NCBI GenBank assembly: GCA_051313645.2 | Contig: JBNRSN020000258.1 | Location: 248,001-312,000 of the forward strand | Source of the DNA: Centroscyllium fabricii | Lineage: Eukaryota | DNA: 64,000 bases | Direction of reading: 5' to 3' | In this document: piece by piece, positions 9,970 through 21,600 of the stretch | Numbering within the stretch: position 1 is the stretch's first letter | Layout of the letters: each line of letters opens with the position of its first letter | Translations under genes and position numbers: made by a program | Notes under the pieces: generated by a model | The model's database searches: none | Told to the model about the DNA's origin: nothing | Seen by the model: only the letters and a program-made list of their open reading frames with translations

Positions 9970-12900
9970 TAGAGAGCGGGGCTGGGGGAGTAGAGAGCGG
10001 GGATGGGGAGTGGAGAGCGGGGATGGGGAGTAGAGAGCGGGGATGGGGAGTAGAGGGCGGGGATGGGGTGTAGAGAGCGGGGATGGGGAGTAGAGAGCGG
10101 GGATGGGGGGTAGAGAGCGGCGATGGGGGGTAGAGAGCGGCGATGGGGAGTGGAGAGCGGGGATGGGGTGTAGAGTGTGGGGATGGGGAGTAGAGAGTGG
10201 AGATGGGGAGTAGAGAGCGCGGATGGGGAGTAGAGATCGGGGATGGGGAGTAGAGAGTGGCGATGGGGAGTAGAGAGTTGCGATGGGGAGCAGAGAGCGG
10301 GGATGGGGAATAGAGAGTGGGGATGGGGAGTAGAGAGTGGGGATGGGGAGTAGAGAGTGGAGATGGGGAGTAAAGAGCGGGGATGGGGAGTAGAGAGAGG
10401 GGATGGGGAGTCGAGAGCGGAGATGGAGAGTAGAGAGTGGAGATGGGGAGTAGAGAGTGGAGATGGGGAGTAGAGAGTGGAGATGGGGAGTAGAGAGCGG
10501 GGATGGGGAGTAGAGAGTGGAGATGGGGAGAAGAGAGTGGAGATGGGGAGTAGAGAGCGGGGATGGGGAGTGGAGAGCGGGGATGGGGAGTAGAGAGCGG
10601 GGATGGGGAGTAGAGAGTGGAGATGGGGAGTAGAGAGTGGAGATGGGGAGTAGAGAGCGGGGATGGGGAGCAGAGAGCGGGGATGGGGAGTAGAGAGAGG
10701 GGATGGGGAGTAGAGAGCGGGGATGGGGTGTAGAGAGCGGGGATGGGGTTTAGAGAGCGGGGATGGGGAGTAGAGAGTGGGGATGGGGAGTAGAGGGCGG
10801 GGATGGGGAGTAGAGAGTCGGGATGGGGAGTAGAGAGCGGGAATGGGGAGTAGAGAGCGGGGATGGGGAGTAAAGAGCGGGGATGGGGAGTCGAGAGCGG
10901 TGATGGGAGTAGAGAGTGGGGATGGGGAGTAGAGAGTGGGTATGGGGAGTAAAGAGTGGGGATGGGGAGTAAAGAGCGGGGATGGGGAGTCGAGAGCGGT
11001 GATGGGAGTAGAGAGTGGGGATGGGGAGTAGAGAGTGGAGATGGGGAGTAGAGAGTGGGGATGGGGAGTAGAGAGCGGGGATGGGGAGTAGAGAGTCGGG
11101 ATGGGGAGTAGAGAGCGGGAATGGGGAGTAGAGAGCGGGGATGGGGAGTAGAGAGCGGCGATGGGGAGTAGAGAGTGGGGATGGGGAGTAGAGAGAGGAG
11201 ATGGGGAGTAGTGAGCGGGGATGGGGTGTAGAGAGCGGGGATGGACAGTAGAGAGTGGGGATGGGGTGTAGAGAGTGGGGATGGGGAGTAGAGAGTGGGG
11301 ATGGGGAGTAGAGAGTCGGGATGGGGAGTAGAGAGCGGGAATGGGGAGTAGAGAGCGGGGATGGGGAGTAGAGAGCGGCGATGGGGAGTAGAGAGTGGGG
11401 ATGGGGAGTAGAGAGAGCGGATGGGGAGTAGAGAGCGGGGATGGGGTGTAGAGAGCGGGGATGGAGAGCATAGAGTGGGGATGGGGTGTAGAGAGTGGGG
11501 ATGGGGAGCAGAGAGCGGAGATGGGGAGTAGAGAGCGGGGATGGGGAGTAGAGAGCGGTGATGGGAGTAGAGAGCGGCGATGGGGAGTAGAGAGTGGGCA
11601 TGGGGAGTAGAGAGTGGGGATGGGGAGTAGAGGGCGGGGATGGGGAGTAGAGAGTCGGGATGGGGAGTAGAGAGCGGGAATGGGGAGTAGAGAGCGGGGA
11701 TGGGGAGTAGAGAGCGGCGATGGGGTGTAGAGAGTGGGGATGGGGAGTAGAGAGCGGGGATGGGGAGTAGAGAGCGGGGATGGGGAGTAGAGAGAGGGGA
11801 TGGGGAGTAGAGAGCGGGGATGGGGAGTAGATGGCGGGGATGGGGAGTAGAGAGCGGGGATGGGGAGAAGAGAGCGGGGATGGGGAGTAGAGAGTGGGTA
11901 TGGGGAGTAGAGAGTGGGGATGGGGGTAGCGAGCGGGGATGGGGAGTAGAGAGCGGGGATGGGGAGTGGAGAGTCAGGATGGGGAGTAGAGAGCGGGGAT
12001 GGGGAGTAGAGAGTGGGGATGGGGAGTAAAGAGCGGGGATGGGGAGTCGAGAGCGGTGATGGGAGTAGAGAGTGGGGATGGGGAGTAGAGAGTGGGTATG
12101 GGGAGTAAAGAGTGGGGATGGGGAGTAAAGAGCGGGGATGGGGAGTCGAGAGCGGTGATGGGAGTAGAGAGTGGGGATGGGGAGTAGAGAGTGGAGATGG
12201 GGAGTAGAGAGTGGGGATGGGGAGTAGAGAGCGGGGATGGGGAGTAGAGAGTCGGGATGGGGAGTAGAGAGCGGGAATGGGGAGTAGAGAGCGGGGATGG
12301 GGAGTAGAGAGCGGCGATGGGGAGTAGAGAGTGGGGATGGGGAGTAGAGAGAGGAGATGGGGAGTAGTGAGCGGGGATGGGGTGTAGAGAGCGGGGATGG
12401 ACAGTAGAGAGTGGGGATGGGGTGTAGAGAGTGGGGATGGGGAGTAGAGAGTGGGGATGGGGAGTAGAGAGTCGGGATGGGGAGTAGAGAGCGGGAATGG
12501 GGAGTAGAGAGCGGGGATGGGGAGTAGAGAGCGGCGATGGGGAGTAGAGAGTGGGGATGGGGAGTAGAGAGAGCGGATGGGGAGTAGAGAGCGGGGATGG
12601 GGTGTAGAGAGCGGGGATGGAGAGCAGAGAGTGGGGATGGGGTGTAGAGAGTGGGGATGGGGAGCAGAGAGCGGAGATGGGGAGTAGAGAGCGGGGATGG
12701 GGAGTAGAGAGCGGTGATGGGAGTAGAGAGCGGCGATGGGGAGTAGAGAGTGGGCATGGGGAGTAGAGAGTGGGGATGGGGAGTAGAGGGCGGGGATGGG
12801 GAGTAGAGAGTCGGGATGGGGAGTAGAGAGCGGGAATGGGGAGTAGAGAGCGGGGATGGGGAGTAGAGAGCGGCGATGGGGTGTAGAGAGTGGGGATGGG

Positions 12901-13865
12901 GAGTAGAGAGCGGGGATGGGGAGTAGAGAGCGGGGATGGGGAGTAGAGAGAGGGGATGGGGAGTAGAGAGCGGGGATGGGGAGTAGATGGCGGGGATGGG
13001 GAGTAGAGAGCGGGGATGGGGAGAAGAGAGCGGGGATGGGGAGTAGAGAGTGGGTATGGGGAGTAGAGAGTGGGGATGGGGGTAGCGAGCGGGGATGGGG
13101 AGTAGAGAGCGGGGATGGGGAGTGGAGAGTCAGGATGGGGAGTAGAGAGCGGGGATGGGGAGTAGAGAGTGGGGATGGGGGTCGAGAGTCGCGATGGGGA
13201 GCAGAGAGAGGGGATGGGGAGTAGAGAGCGGGGATGGGGAGTAGAGAGTCGGGATGGGGAGTAGAGAGTCGGGATGGGGAGTAGAGAGTCGGGATGGGGA
13301 GTAGAAAGCGGGGATGGGGAGTAGAGAGCGGTGATGGGGTAGAGAGTGGGGATGGGGAGTAGAGAGCGGGGATGGAGAGTAGAGAGTGGGTATGGGGAGT
13401 AGAGAGTGGAGATGGGGGGTGGAGAGCGGGGATGGGGAGTAGAGAGCGGGGACGGGGAGTGGAGAGTCAGGATGGGGAGTAGAGAGCGGGGATGGGGAGT
13501 AGAGAGTGGTGAGGGGGGTAGAGAGCGGTGATGGGGAGTAGAGAGTCGGGATGGGGAGTAGAGAGTGGGAATGGGGAGTAGAGAGCTGGAATGGGGAGTA
13601 GAGAGAGGGGATGGGGAGTAGAGTGTCGGAATGGCGAGTAGAGAGTCGGGATGGGGAGTAGAGAGCGGGGATGGGGAGTAGAGAGAGGGAATGGGGAGTA
13701 GAGAGTCGGGATGGGGAGTAGAGAGTCGGGATGGGGAGTAGAGAGTCGGGATGGGGAGTAAAGAGTCGGGATGGGGAGTAAAGAGTCGGGATGGGGAGTA
13801 GAGAGCGGCGATGGGGAGTAGAGAGAGGGGATTGGGAGTAGACTGTCGGGATGGGGAATAGAGAG
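9970..13865 (+). repeat. 20-bp G-rich satellite, ~195 units
   Basis: Consensus GGGGATGGGGAGTAGAGAG(C/T); contains a 1156-bp higher-order duplication. Confidence 0.97.
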
Positions 13866-13957
13866 TTTGTTCCTCGACATATTGTTCCAGAAAACCATCC
13901 CGTATCCGCTCCAGGATTTCCTGGTCCAGAGTATTGTTCCTAATTTGGTTTGTCCAG
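13864..13957 (-). mobile_element. CR1 LINE endonuclease-domain remnant
   Basis: Minus strand reads WTNQIRNNTLDQEILERIRDGFLEQYVEEQT, resembling the CR1 endonuclease motif FLECIRDGFLEQYVEEPTR. Confidence 0.75.
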
Positions 13958-14407
13958 TGTGATGGCGGAGTCAGTAGTCGGGGTGAATGTAATGGTGGAG
14001 TCAGTAGTCGGGGTCAATGTGATGGTGGAGTCAGTAGTCGGGGTGAGTGTGATGCTGGAGTCAGTAGTCGGGGTGAATGTGATGGTGGAGTCAGTAGTCG
14101 GGTGAATGTGATGGTGGAGTCAGTAGTCGGGGTGAATGTGATGGTGGAGTCAGTAGTCGGGGTGAATGTGATGGTGGAGTCAGTAGTCGGGGTGAATGTG
14201 ATGGTGGAGTCAGTAGTCGGGGTGAGTGTGATAGTGGGGTCAGTAGTCGGGTGAATGTGATGGTGGAGTCAGTAGTCGGGGTGAGTGTGATGGTGGAGTC
14301 AGTAGTCGGGGTGAATGTGATGGTGGAGTCAGTAGTCGGGGTGAATGAGGGTGGAGTCAGTAGTCGGGGTGAATGATGGTGGAGTCAGTAGTCTGGGTGA
14401 GTGTGAT

Positions 14408-14594
14408 AGAAACATAGAAACATAGAAACTAGGAGCAGGAGTAGGCCATTCGGCCCTTCGAGCCTGCTCCGCCATTCAATGAGATCATGGCTGATCATCC
14501 AAACCCAGTACCCCGCCCCTGCCCTCTCCCCATATACCTCGATCCCTATCAAGCCTGCACCGACACATATCCCACCCTATCCCCGTAACCCCAC
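14408..14594 (-). mobile_element. Chimeric retroposon insert: CR1/HER1-type 3' end joined to a SINE-like fragment
   Basis: (TAGAAACA)n tail followed by GGAGTAGGCCATTCGGCCCTTCGAGCCTGCTCCGCCATTCAAT. 14549-14594 matches 63917-63962. The flanking satellite unit is split with AT duplicated. Confidence 0.8.
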
Positions 14595-14613
14595 ATGGTG
14601 GAGTCAGCAGTCG

Positions 14614-15699
14614 TGTAACGTAGGGGTGTGGGGCCCAAATGCGAGACACTGAAAAAGATGTCTAGAGCTAGAACTCCTTTATTTAATATAAACTGCAGAA
14701 AACATAATCAAATACATCCATACATACAAAATATATAACATATAAAAACAAGTCTTCCACTGAAAACTGGCACAAGCTTAATACAGAAACTGAACCCTCG
14801 GGACACTCAGGAAAGAGCATCCTAATAACAGAAAGGGCCTCCTATATAGTAAGAGTGAAAAGTCCAATACTGAGTACAGGTGATTGCAAACAATGTCCAA
14901 CTGTACCCCCAGGACACTCGGCCAAGAGCATCCCTGGATATAGTTTTCCTCTGTGAAGTTGGAAACAAGCCTTATTCCGAACTCCCAGGACACTCAGAAA
15001 AGAGCATCCTACTAACAGAAAAGACCTCATTGCAGTAGAAATGAAATGTCCAAAACCTGAGTTCCAGTAATAGAAAGCAATGTCCAGAATAAGAAATGGA
15101 ACTCTCCCAGAGTCCGCCCTACAGCAGGGACTCACTCTACCAGAGTTTTCAGAAGGAGAAATCCATTATTCACTAGCAGGGAAACGCCCTACCAACACAG
15201 CCTCCATCGGAGCTCCAGAGTTCAGATCATAACGAGCAATGTCCATAATGTATAAATGGAATGTCCAAACCTGAGTTCAGGTGATAGAAAACAGTGTCCA
15301 GAATGTAGAATTTAGGAATCTTGCAGAGTCCGCCCTCCAGCAGGGACTCACTCTACCAGAGTCTTCAGAAGGAGAAATCCATATCCACCAGATCACTGTC
15401 TCCCACGGAGCTAGAACAGCACCTCTGTGTGTCCTAGTACTGCAAAGTTGTTACAAGCTACTTGGTAGTATAAAGTAGTAATGATCCGGCGACTCCCTGG
15501 TCTCAGCACCCAGCTTATAAGCCGATCAAGCAAACTGGATAGATTAGTGCTAACCAATAAGATCCAGGCATAGAGAACGAGGAACACACAGGTATGTGAG
15601 GTTCAACAGGCTATATTAACAGGAAAACAAGATACCAAACAGAGAACAAAAACATAAAAACAAAATGGATTCCTTAAAGAGGAATTCCCATCTGTGACA
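14614..15699 (-). mobile_element. Solo LTR #3 (1086 bp), inserted in the 30-bp satellite
   Basis: Plus-strand termini TGTAACG...TGTGACA; TSD AGTCG (14609-14613 and 15700-15704). Minus strand has AATAAAGGAGTT...TTTCAGTGTCTCGCATTTGGGCCCC...CGTTACA as in LTR #1. Internal ~120-bp direct repeats near 15043 and 15260. Confidence 0.88.
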
Positions 15700-18600
15700 A
15701 GTCGGGGTGAATGAGGGTGGGGTCAGTAGTCGGGGTGAGTGTGATGGTGGGGTCAGTAGTCGGGGTGAGTGTGATGGTGGAGTCAGTAGTCGGGGTGAAT
15801 GAGGGTGGGGTCAGTAGTCGGGGTGAATGTGATGGTGGAGTCAGTAGTCGGCGTGAGTGTGATGGTGGAGTCAGTAGTCGGGGTGAGTGTGATGGTGGGG
15901 TCAGTAGTCGGGGTGAATGTGATGGTGGGGTCAGTAGTCGGGGTGAATGTGATGGTGGGGTCAGTAGTCGGGGTGAATGTGATGGTGGAGTCAGTAGTCG
16001 GGGTGAATGATGGTGGGGTCAGTAGTCGGGGTGAGTGTGATGGTGGAGTCAGTAGTCGGGGTGAATGTGATGGTGGAGTCAGTAGTCGGGGTGAGTGTGA
16101 TGGTGGGGTCAGTAGTAGGGGTGAATGTGATGGTGGGGTCAGTAGTCGGGGTGAATGAGGTTGGGGTCAGTAGTCGGGATGAATGTGATGGTGGGGTCAG
16201 TAGTCGGGGTGAATGTGATGTTGGGGTCAGTAGTCGGGGTGAATGTGATGGTGGGGTCAGTAGTCGGGGTGAATGATGGTGGGGTCAGTAGTCAGGGTGA
16301 ATGTGATGGTGGAGTCAGTAGTCGGAGGGAATGTGATGGTGGAGTCAGTAGTCGGGGTGAATGTGATGGTGGAGTCAGTAGTCGGGGTGAGTGTGATGGT
16401 GGGGTCAGTAGCCGGGGTGAATGAGGGTGGAGTCAGTAGTCGGGTTAAATGTGATGGTGGAGTCAGTAGTCGGGGTGAATGTGATGGTGGAGTCAGTAGT
16501 TGGGATGAATGAGGGTGGGGTCAGTAGTCGGGGTGAATGTGATGGTGGGGTCAGTAGTCGGGGTGAATGAGGGTGGGGTCAGTAGTCGGGGTGAATGTGA
16601 TGGTGGAGTCAGTAGTCGGGGTGAATGTGATGGTGGAGTCAGTAGTCGGGGTGAATGTGATGGTGGAGTCAGTAGTCGGGGTGAGTGTGATGGTGGGGTC
16701 AGTAGTAGGGGTGAATGTGATGGTGGGGTCAGTAGTCGGTGTGAATGAGGTTGGGGTCAGTAGTCGGGGTGAATGTGATGGTGGGGTCAGTAGTCGGGGT
16801 GAATGTGAGGGTGGGGTCAGTAGTCGGGGTGAATGTGATGGTGGGGTCAGTAGTCGGGGTGAATGATGGTGGGGTCAGTAGTCGGGGTGAATGTGATGGT
16901 GGAGTCAGTAGTCGGGGTGAATGTGATGGTGGAGTCAGTAGTCGGGGTAAATGTGTTGGTGGAGTCAGTAGTCGGGGTGAATGTGATGGTGGGGTCAGTA
17001 GTCGAGGTGAATGTGATGGTGGAGTCAGTAGTCCGGGTGAGTGTGATGGTGGAGTCAGTAGTCGGGGTGAATGTGATGGTGCGGTCAGTAGTCGGGGTGA
17101 GTGTGATGGTGGGGTCAGTAGTCGGGTTGAATGTGATGGTGGAGTCAGTATCGGGGTAAATGTGATGGTGGAGTCAGTAGTCGGGGGGAATGAGGGTGGC
17201 GTCAGTAGTCGGGGTGAATGTGATGGTGGAGTCAGTAGTCGGGGTGAATGTGATGGTGGAGTCAGTAGTTGGGGTGAATGAGGGTGGGGTCAGTAGTCGG
17301 GGTGAATGTGATGGTGGGGTCAGTAGTCGGGGTGAATGAGGGTGGGGTCAGTAGTCGGGGTGAATGTGATGGTGGAGTCAGTAGTCGGGGTGAATGTGAT
17401 GGTGGAGTCAGTAGTCGGGGTGAATGTGATGGTGGAGTCAGTCGTCGGGGTGAATGTGGTGGTGGGGTCAGTAGTCGGGGTGAATGTGATGGTGGAGTCA
17501 GTAGTCGGGGTGAATGTGATGGTGGAGTCAGTAGTCGGGGTGAGTGTGATGGTGGAGTCAGTAGTCGGGGTGAATGTGATGGTGGAGTCAGTAGTCGGGG
17601 TGAATGTGATGGTGGAGTCAGTGGTCGGGGTGAATGTGATGGTGGAGTCAGTAATCGGGGTGAATGTGATGGTGGGGTCAGTAGTCGGGGTGAATGTGAT
17701 GGTGGGGTCAGTAGTCGGGGTGAATGTGATGGTGGAGTCAATAGTCGGGGTGAATGTGATGGTGGAGTCAATATCGGGGTGAGTGTGATGGTGGGGTCAG
17801 TATTCGGGGTGAATGTGATGGTGGAGTCAATAGTCGGGGTGAATGTGATGGTGGGGTCAGTAGTCGGGGTGAATGTGATGGTGGGGTCAGTAGTCGGGAT
17901 GAATGTGATGGTGGGGTCAGTAGTCGGGGTGAGTGTGATGGTGGGGTCAGTAGTCGGGGTGAATGGGATGGTGGGGTCAGTAGTCGGGGTGAGTGTGATG
18001 GTGGGGTCAGTAGTCGGGGTGAATGGGATGGTGGGGTCAGTAGTCGGGGTGAGTGTGATAGTGGAGTCAGTAGTCGGGGTGAATGTGATGGTGGAGTCAG
18101 CAGTCGGGGTGAGTTTGATAGCGGAGTCAGTAGTCGGGGTGAATGTGATGGTGGAGTCAGTAGTCGTGGTGAGTGTGATGGCGGAGTCAGTAGTCGGGGT
18201 GAATGTGATGGTGGGGTCAGTAGTCGGGGTGAATGTGATGGTGGAGTCAGTAGTCGGGGTGAATGTGATGGTGGGGTCAGTAGTCGGGGTGAATGTGAGG
18301 GTGGGGTCAGTAGTCGGGGTGAATGTGATGGTGGGGTCAGTAGTCGGGGTGAATGTGATAGTGGGGTCAGTAGTCGGGGTGAATGTGATGGTGGAGTCAG
18401 TAGTCGGGGTGAATGTGAGGGTGGAGTCAGTAGTCGGGGTGAATGAGGGTGGGGTCAGTAGTCGGGGTCAATGAGGGTGGGGTCAGTAGTCGGGGTGAAT
18501 GTGAAGGTGGAGTTAGTAGTCGGGGTGAATGTGATGGTCGAGTCAGTAGTCGGGGTGAATGTGATGGTGGGGTCAGTAGTCGGGGTGAATGTGATGGTGG

Positions 18601-21600
18601 GGTCAGTAGTCGGGGTGAGTGTGATGGTGGGGTCAGTAGTCGGGGTGAATGTGATGGTGGGGTCAGTAGTCGGGGTGAATGATGGTGGAGTCAGTAGTCG
18701 GGGTGAATGAGGGTGGGGTCAGTAGTCGGGGTGAATGTGATGGTGGAGTTAGTAGTCGGGGTGAATGTGATGGTGGAGTCATTAGTCGGGGTGAATGTGA
18801 TGGTGGGGTCAGCAGTCGGGGTGAATGTGATGGTGGGGTCAGTAGTCGGGGTGAGTGTGATGGTGGGGTCAGTAGTCGGGGTGAATGTGATGGTGGAGTC
18901 CGTAGTCGGGGTGAGTGTGATGGTGGGGTCAGTAGACGGGGTGAATGTGATGGTGGGGTCAGTAGTCGGGGTGAGTGTGATGGTGGGGTCAGTAGTCGGG
19001 GTGAGTGTGATGGTGGGGTCAGTAGTCGGGGTGAGTGTGATGGTGGAGTCAGTAGTCGGGGTGAATGTGATGGTGGAGTCAGTAGTCGGGGTGAGTGTGA
19101 TGGTGGGGTCATTAGTCGGGGTGAATGTGATGGTGGAGTCAGTAGTCGGGGTGAATGTGATGATGGAGTCCGTAGTCGGGGTGAGTGTGATGGTGGGGTC
19201 AGTAGTCGGGGTGAGTGTGATGGTGGAGTCAGTAGTCGGGGTGAATGTGATGGTGGAGTCAGTAGTCGGGGTGAGTGTGATGGTGGGGTCATTAGTCGGG
19301 GTGAATGTGATGGTGGAGTCAGTAGTCGGGGTGAATATGATGGTGGGGTCAGTAGTCGGGGTGAATGTGATGGTGGAATCAGTAGTCGGGGTGAGTGTGA
19401 TGGTGGGGTCATTAGTCGGGGTGAATGTGATGGTGGGGTCAGAAGTCGGGGTGAATGTGATGGTGGAGTCAGTAGTCGGGGTGAGTGTGATGGTGGGGTC
19501 AGTAGTCGGGGTGAATGTGATGGTGGAGTCAGTAGTCGGGGTGAGTGTGATGGTGGGGTCAGTAGTCGGGGTGAGTGTGATGGTGGAGTCCGTAGTCGGG
19601 GTGAGTGTGATGGTGGAGTCAGTAGACGGGGTGAGTGTGATGGTGGAGTCAGTAGTCGGGGTGAATGTGATGGTGGAGTCAGTAGTCGGGGTGAATGTGA
19701 TGGTGGGGTCAGTAGTCGGGGTGAATGTGATGGTGGGGTCATTAGTCGGGGTGAATGTGATGGTGGGGTCAGAAGTCGGTGTGAATGTGATGGTGGAATC
19801 AGTAGTCGGGGTGAGTGTGATGGTGGGGTCATTAGTCGGGGTGAATGTGATGGTGGGGTCAGAAGTCGGGGTGAATGTGATGGTGGAGTCAGTAGTCGGG
19901 GTGAATGTGATGGTGGAGTCAGTAGTCGGGGTGAGTGTGATGGTGGGGTCAGTAGTCGGGGTGAGTGTGATGGTGGAGTCAGTAGACGGGGTGAGTGTGA
20001 TGGTGGGGTCATTAGTCGGGGTGAATGTGATGGTGGGGTCAGTAGTCGGGGTGAATGTGATGGTGGAATCAGTAGTCGGGGTGAGTGTGATGGTGGGGTC
20101 ATTAGTCGGGGTGAATGTGATGGTGGGGTCAGAAGTCGGGGTGAGTGTGATGGTGGGGTCAGTAGTCGGGGTGAATGTGATGGTGGAGTCAGTAGTCGGG
20201 TTGAGTGTGATGGTGGGGTCAGTAGTCGGGGTGAATGTGATGGTGGAGTCAGTAGTCGGGGTGAATGTGATGGTGGAGTCAGTAGTCGGGGTGAGTGTGA
20301 TGGTGGAGTCAGTAGACGGGGTGAGTGTGATGGTGGAGTCAGTAGTCGGGGTGAATGTGATGGTGGGGTCAGTAGTCGGGGTGAGTGTGATGGTGGAGTC
20401 AGTAGTCGGGGTGAATGTGATGGTGGGGTCAGTAGTCGGGGTGAGTGTGATGGTGGAGTCAGTAGTCGGGGTGAGTGTGATGGTGGAGTCAGTAGTCGGG
20501 GTGAATGTGATGGTGGAGTCAGTAGTCGGGGTGAATGTGATGTTGGGGTCAGTAGTCGGGTGAATGTGATGGTGGAGTCAGTAGTCGGGGTGAATGTGAT
20601 GTTGGGGTCAGTAGTCGGGTGAATGTGATGGTGGAGTCAGTAGTCGGGGTGAGTGTGATGGTGGAGTCAGTAGTCGGGGTGAGTGTGATGGTTGGGTCAG
20701 TAGTCGGGGTGAATGTGATGGTGGAGTCAGTAGTCGGGGTGAATGTGATGTTGGGGTCAGTAGTCGGGGTGAATGTCATGGTGGGGTCAGTAGTCGGGGT
20801 GAGTGTGATGGTGGAGTCAGTAGTCGGGGTGAATGATGGTGCGGTCAGTAGTCGGGGTGAATGTGAGGGTGGGGTCAGTAGTCGGGGTGAATGTGATGGT
20901 GGAGTCAGTAGTCGGGGTGAATGTGATGGTGGAGTCAGTAGTCGGGGTGAATGTGAGGGTGGAGTGAGTAGTCGGGGTGAATGTGAGGGTGGAGTGAGTA
21001 GTCGGGGTGAATGTGAGGGTGGAGTCAGTAGTTGGGGTGAATGATGGTGGAGTCAGTAGTCGGGGTGAATGTGATGGTGGGGTCAGTAGTCGGGGTGAAT
21101 GTCATGGTGGAGTCAGTAGTCGGGGTGAATGAGGGTGGGGTCAGTAGTCGGGGTGAATGATGGTGGAGTCAGTAGTCGGGGTGAATGTGATGTTGGGGTC
21201 AGTAGTCGGGGTGAATGTCATGGTGGAGTCAGTAGTTGGGGTGAATGAGGGTGGGGTCAGTAGTCGGGGTGAATGATGGTGGGGTCAGTAGTCGGGTGAA
21301 TGTGATGGTGGAGTCAGTAGTCGGGGTGAATGTGATTGTGGGGTCAGTAGTCGGGGTGAATGTGATGGTGGCGTCAGTAGTCGGGGTGAATGTGATGGTG
21401 GAGTCTGTAGTCGGGGTGAATCAGGGTGGGGTCAGCAGTCGGCGTGAATGTGAGGGTGGAGTCAGTAGTCGGGTGAATGATGGTGGAGTCAGTAGTCGGG
21501 GTGAATGTGATTGTGGGGTCAGTAGACGGGGTGAATGTGATGGTGGCGTCAGTAGTCGGGGTGAATGTGATGGTGGAGTCTGTAGTCGGGGTGAATCAGG

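Noticed and set aside
9854-13898. 967-aa and 502-aa extensin-like (SPSPLSTPH) minus-strand ORFs
   Set aside because: These are translations of a 20-bp satellite. The unit length is not a multiple of 3 and several frames are open at once.
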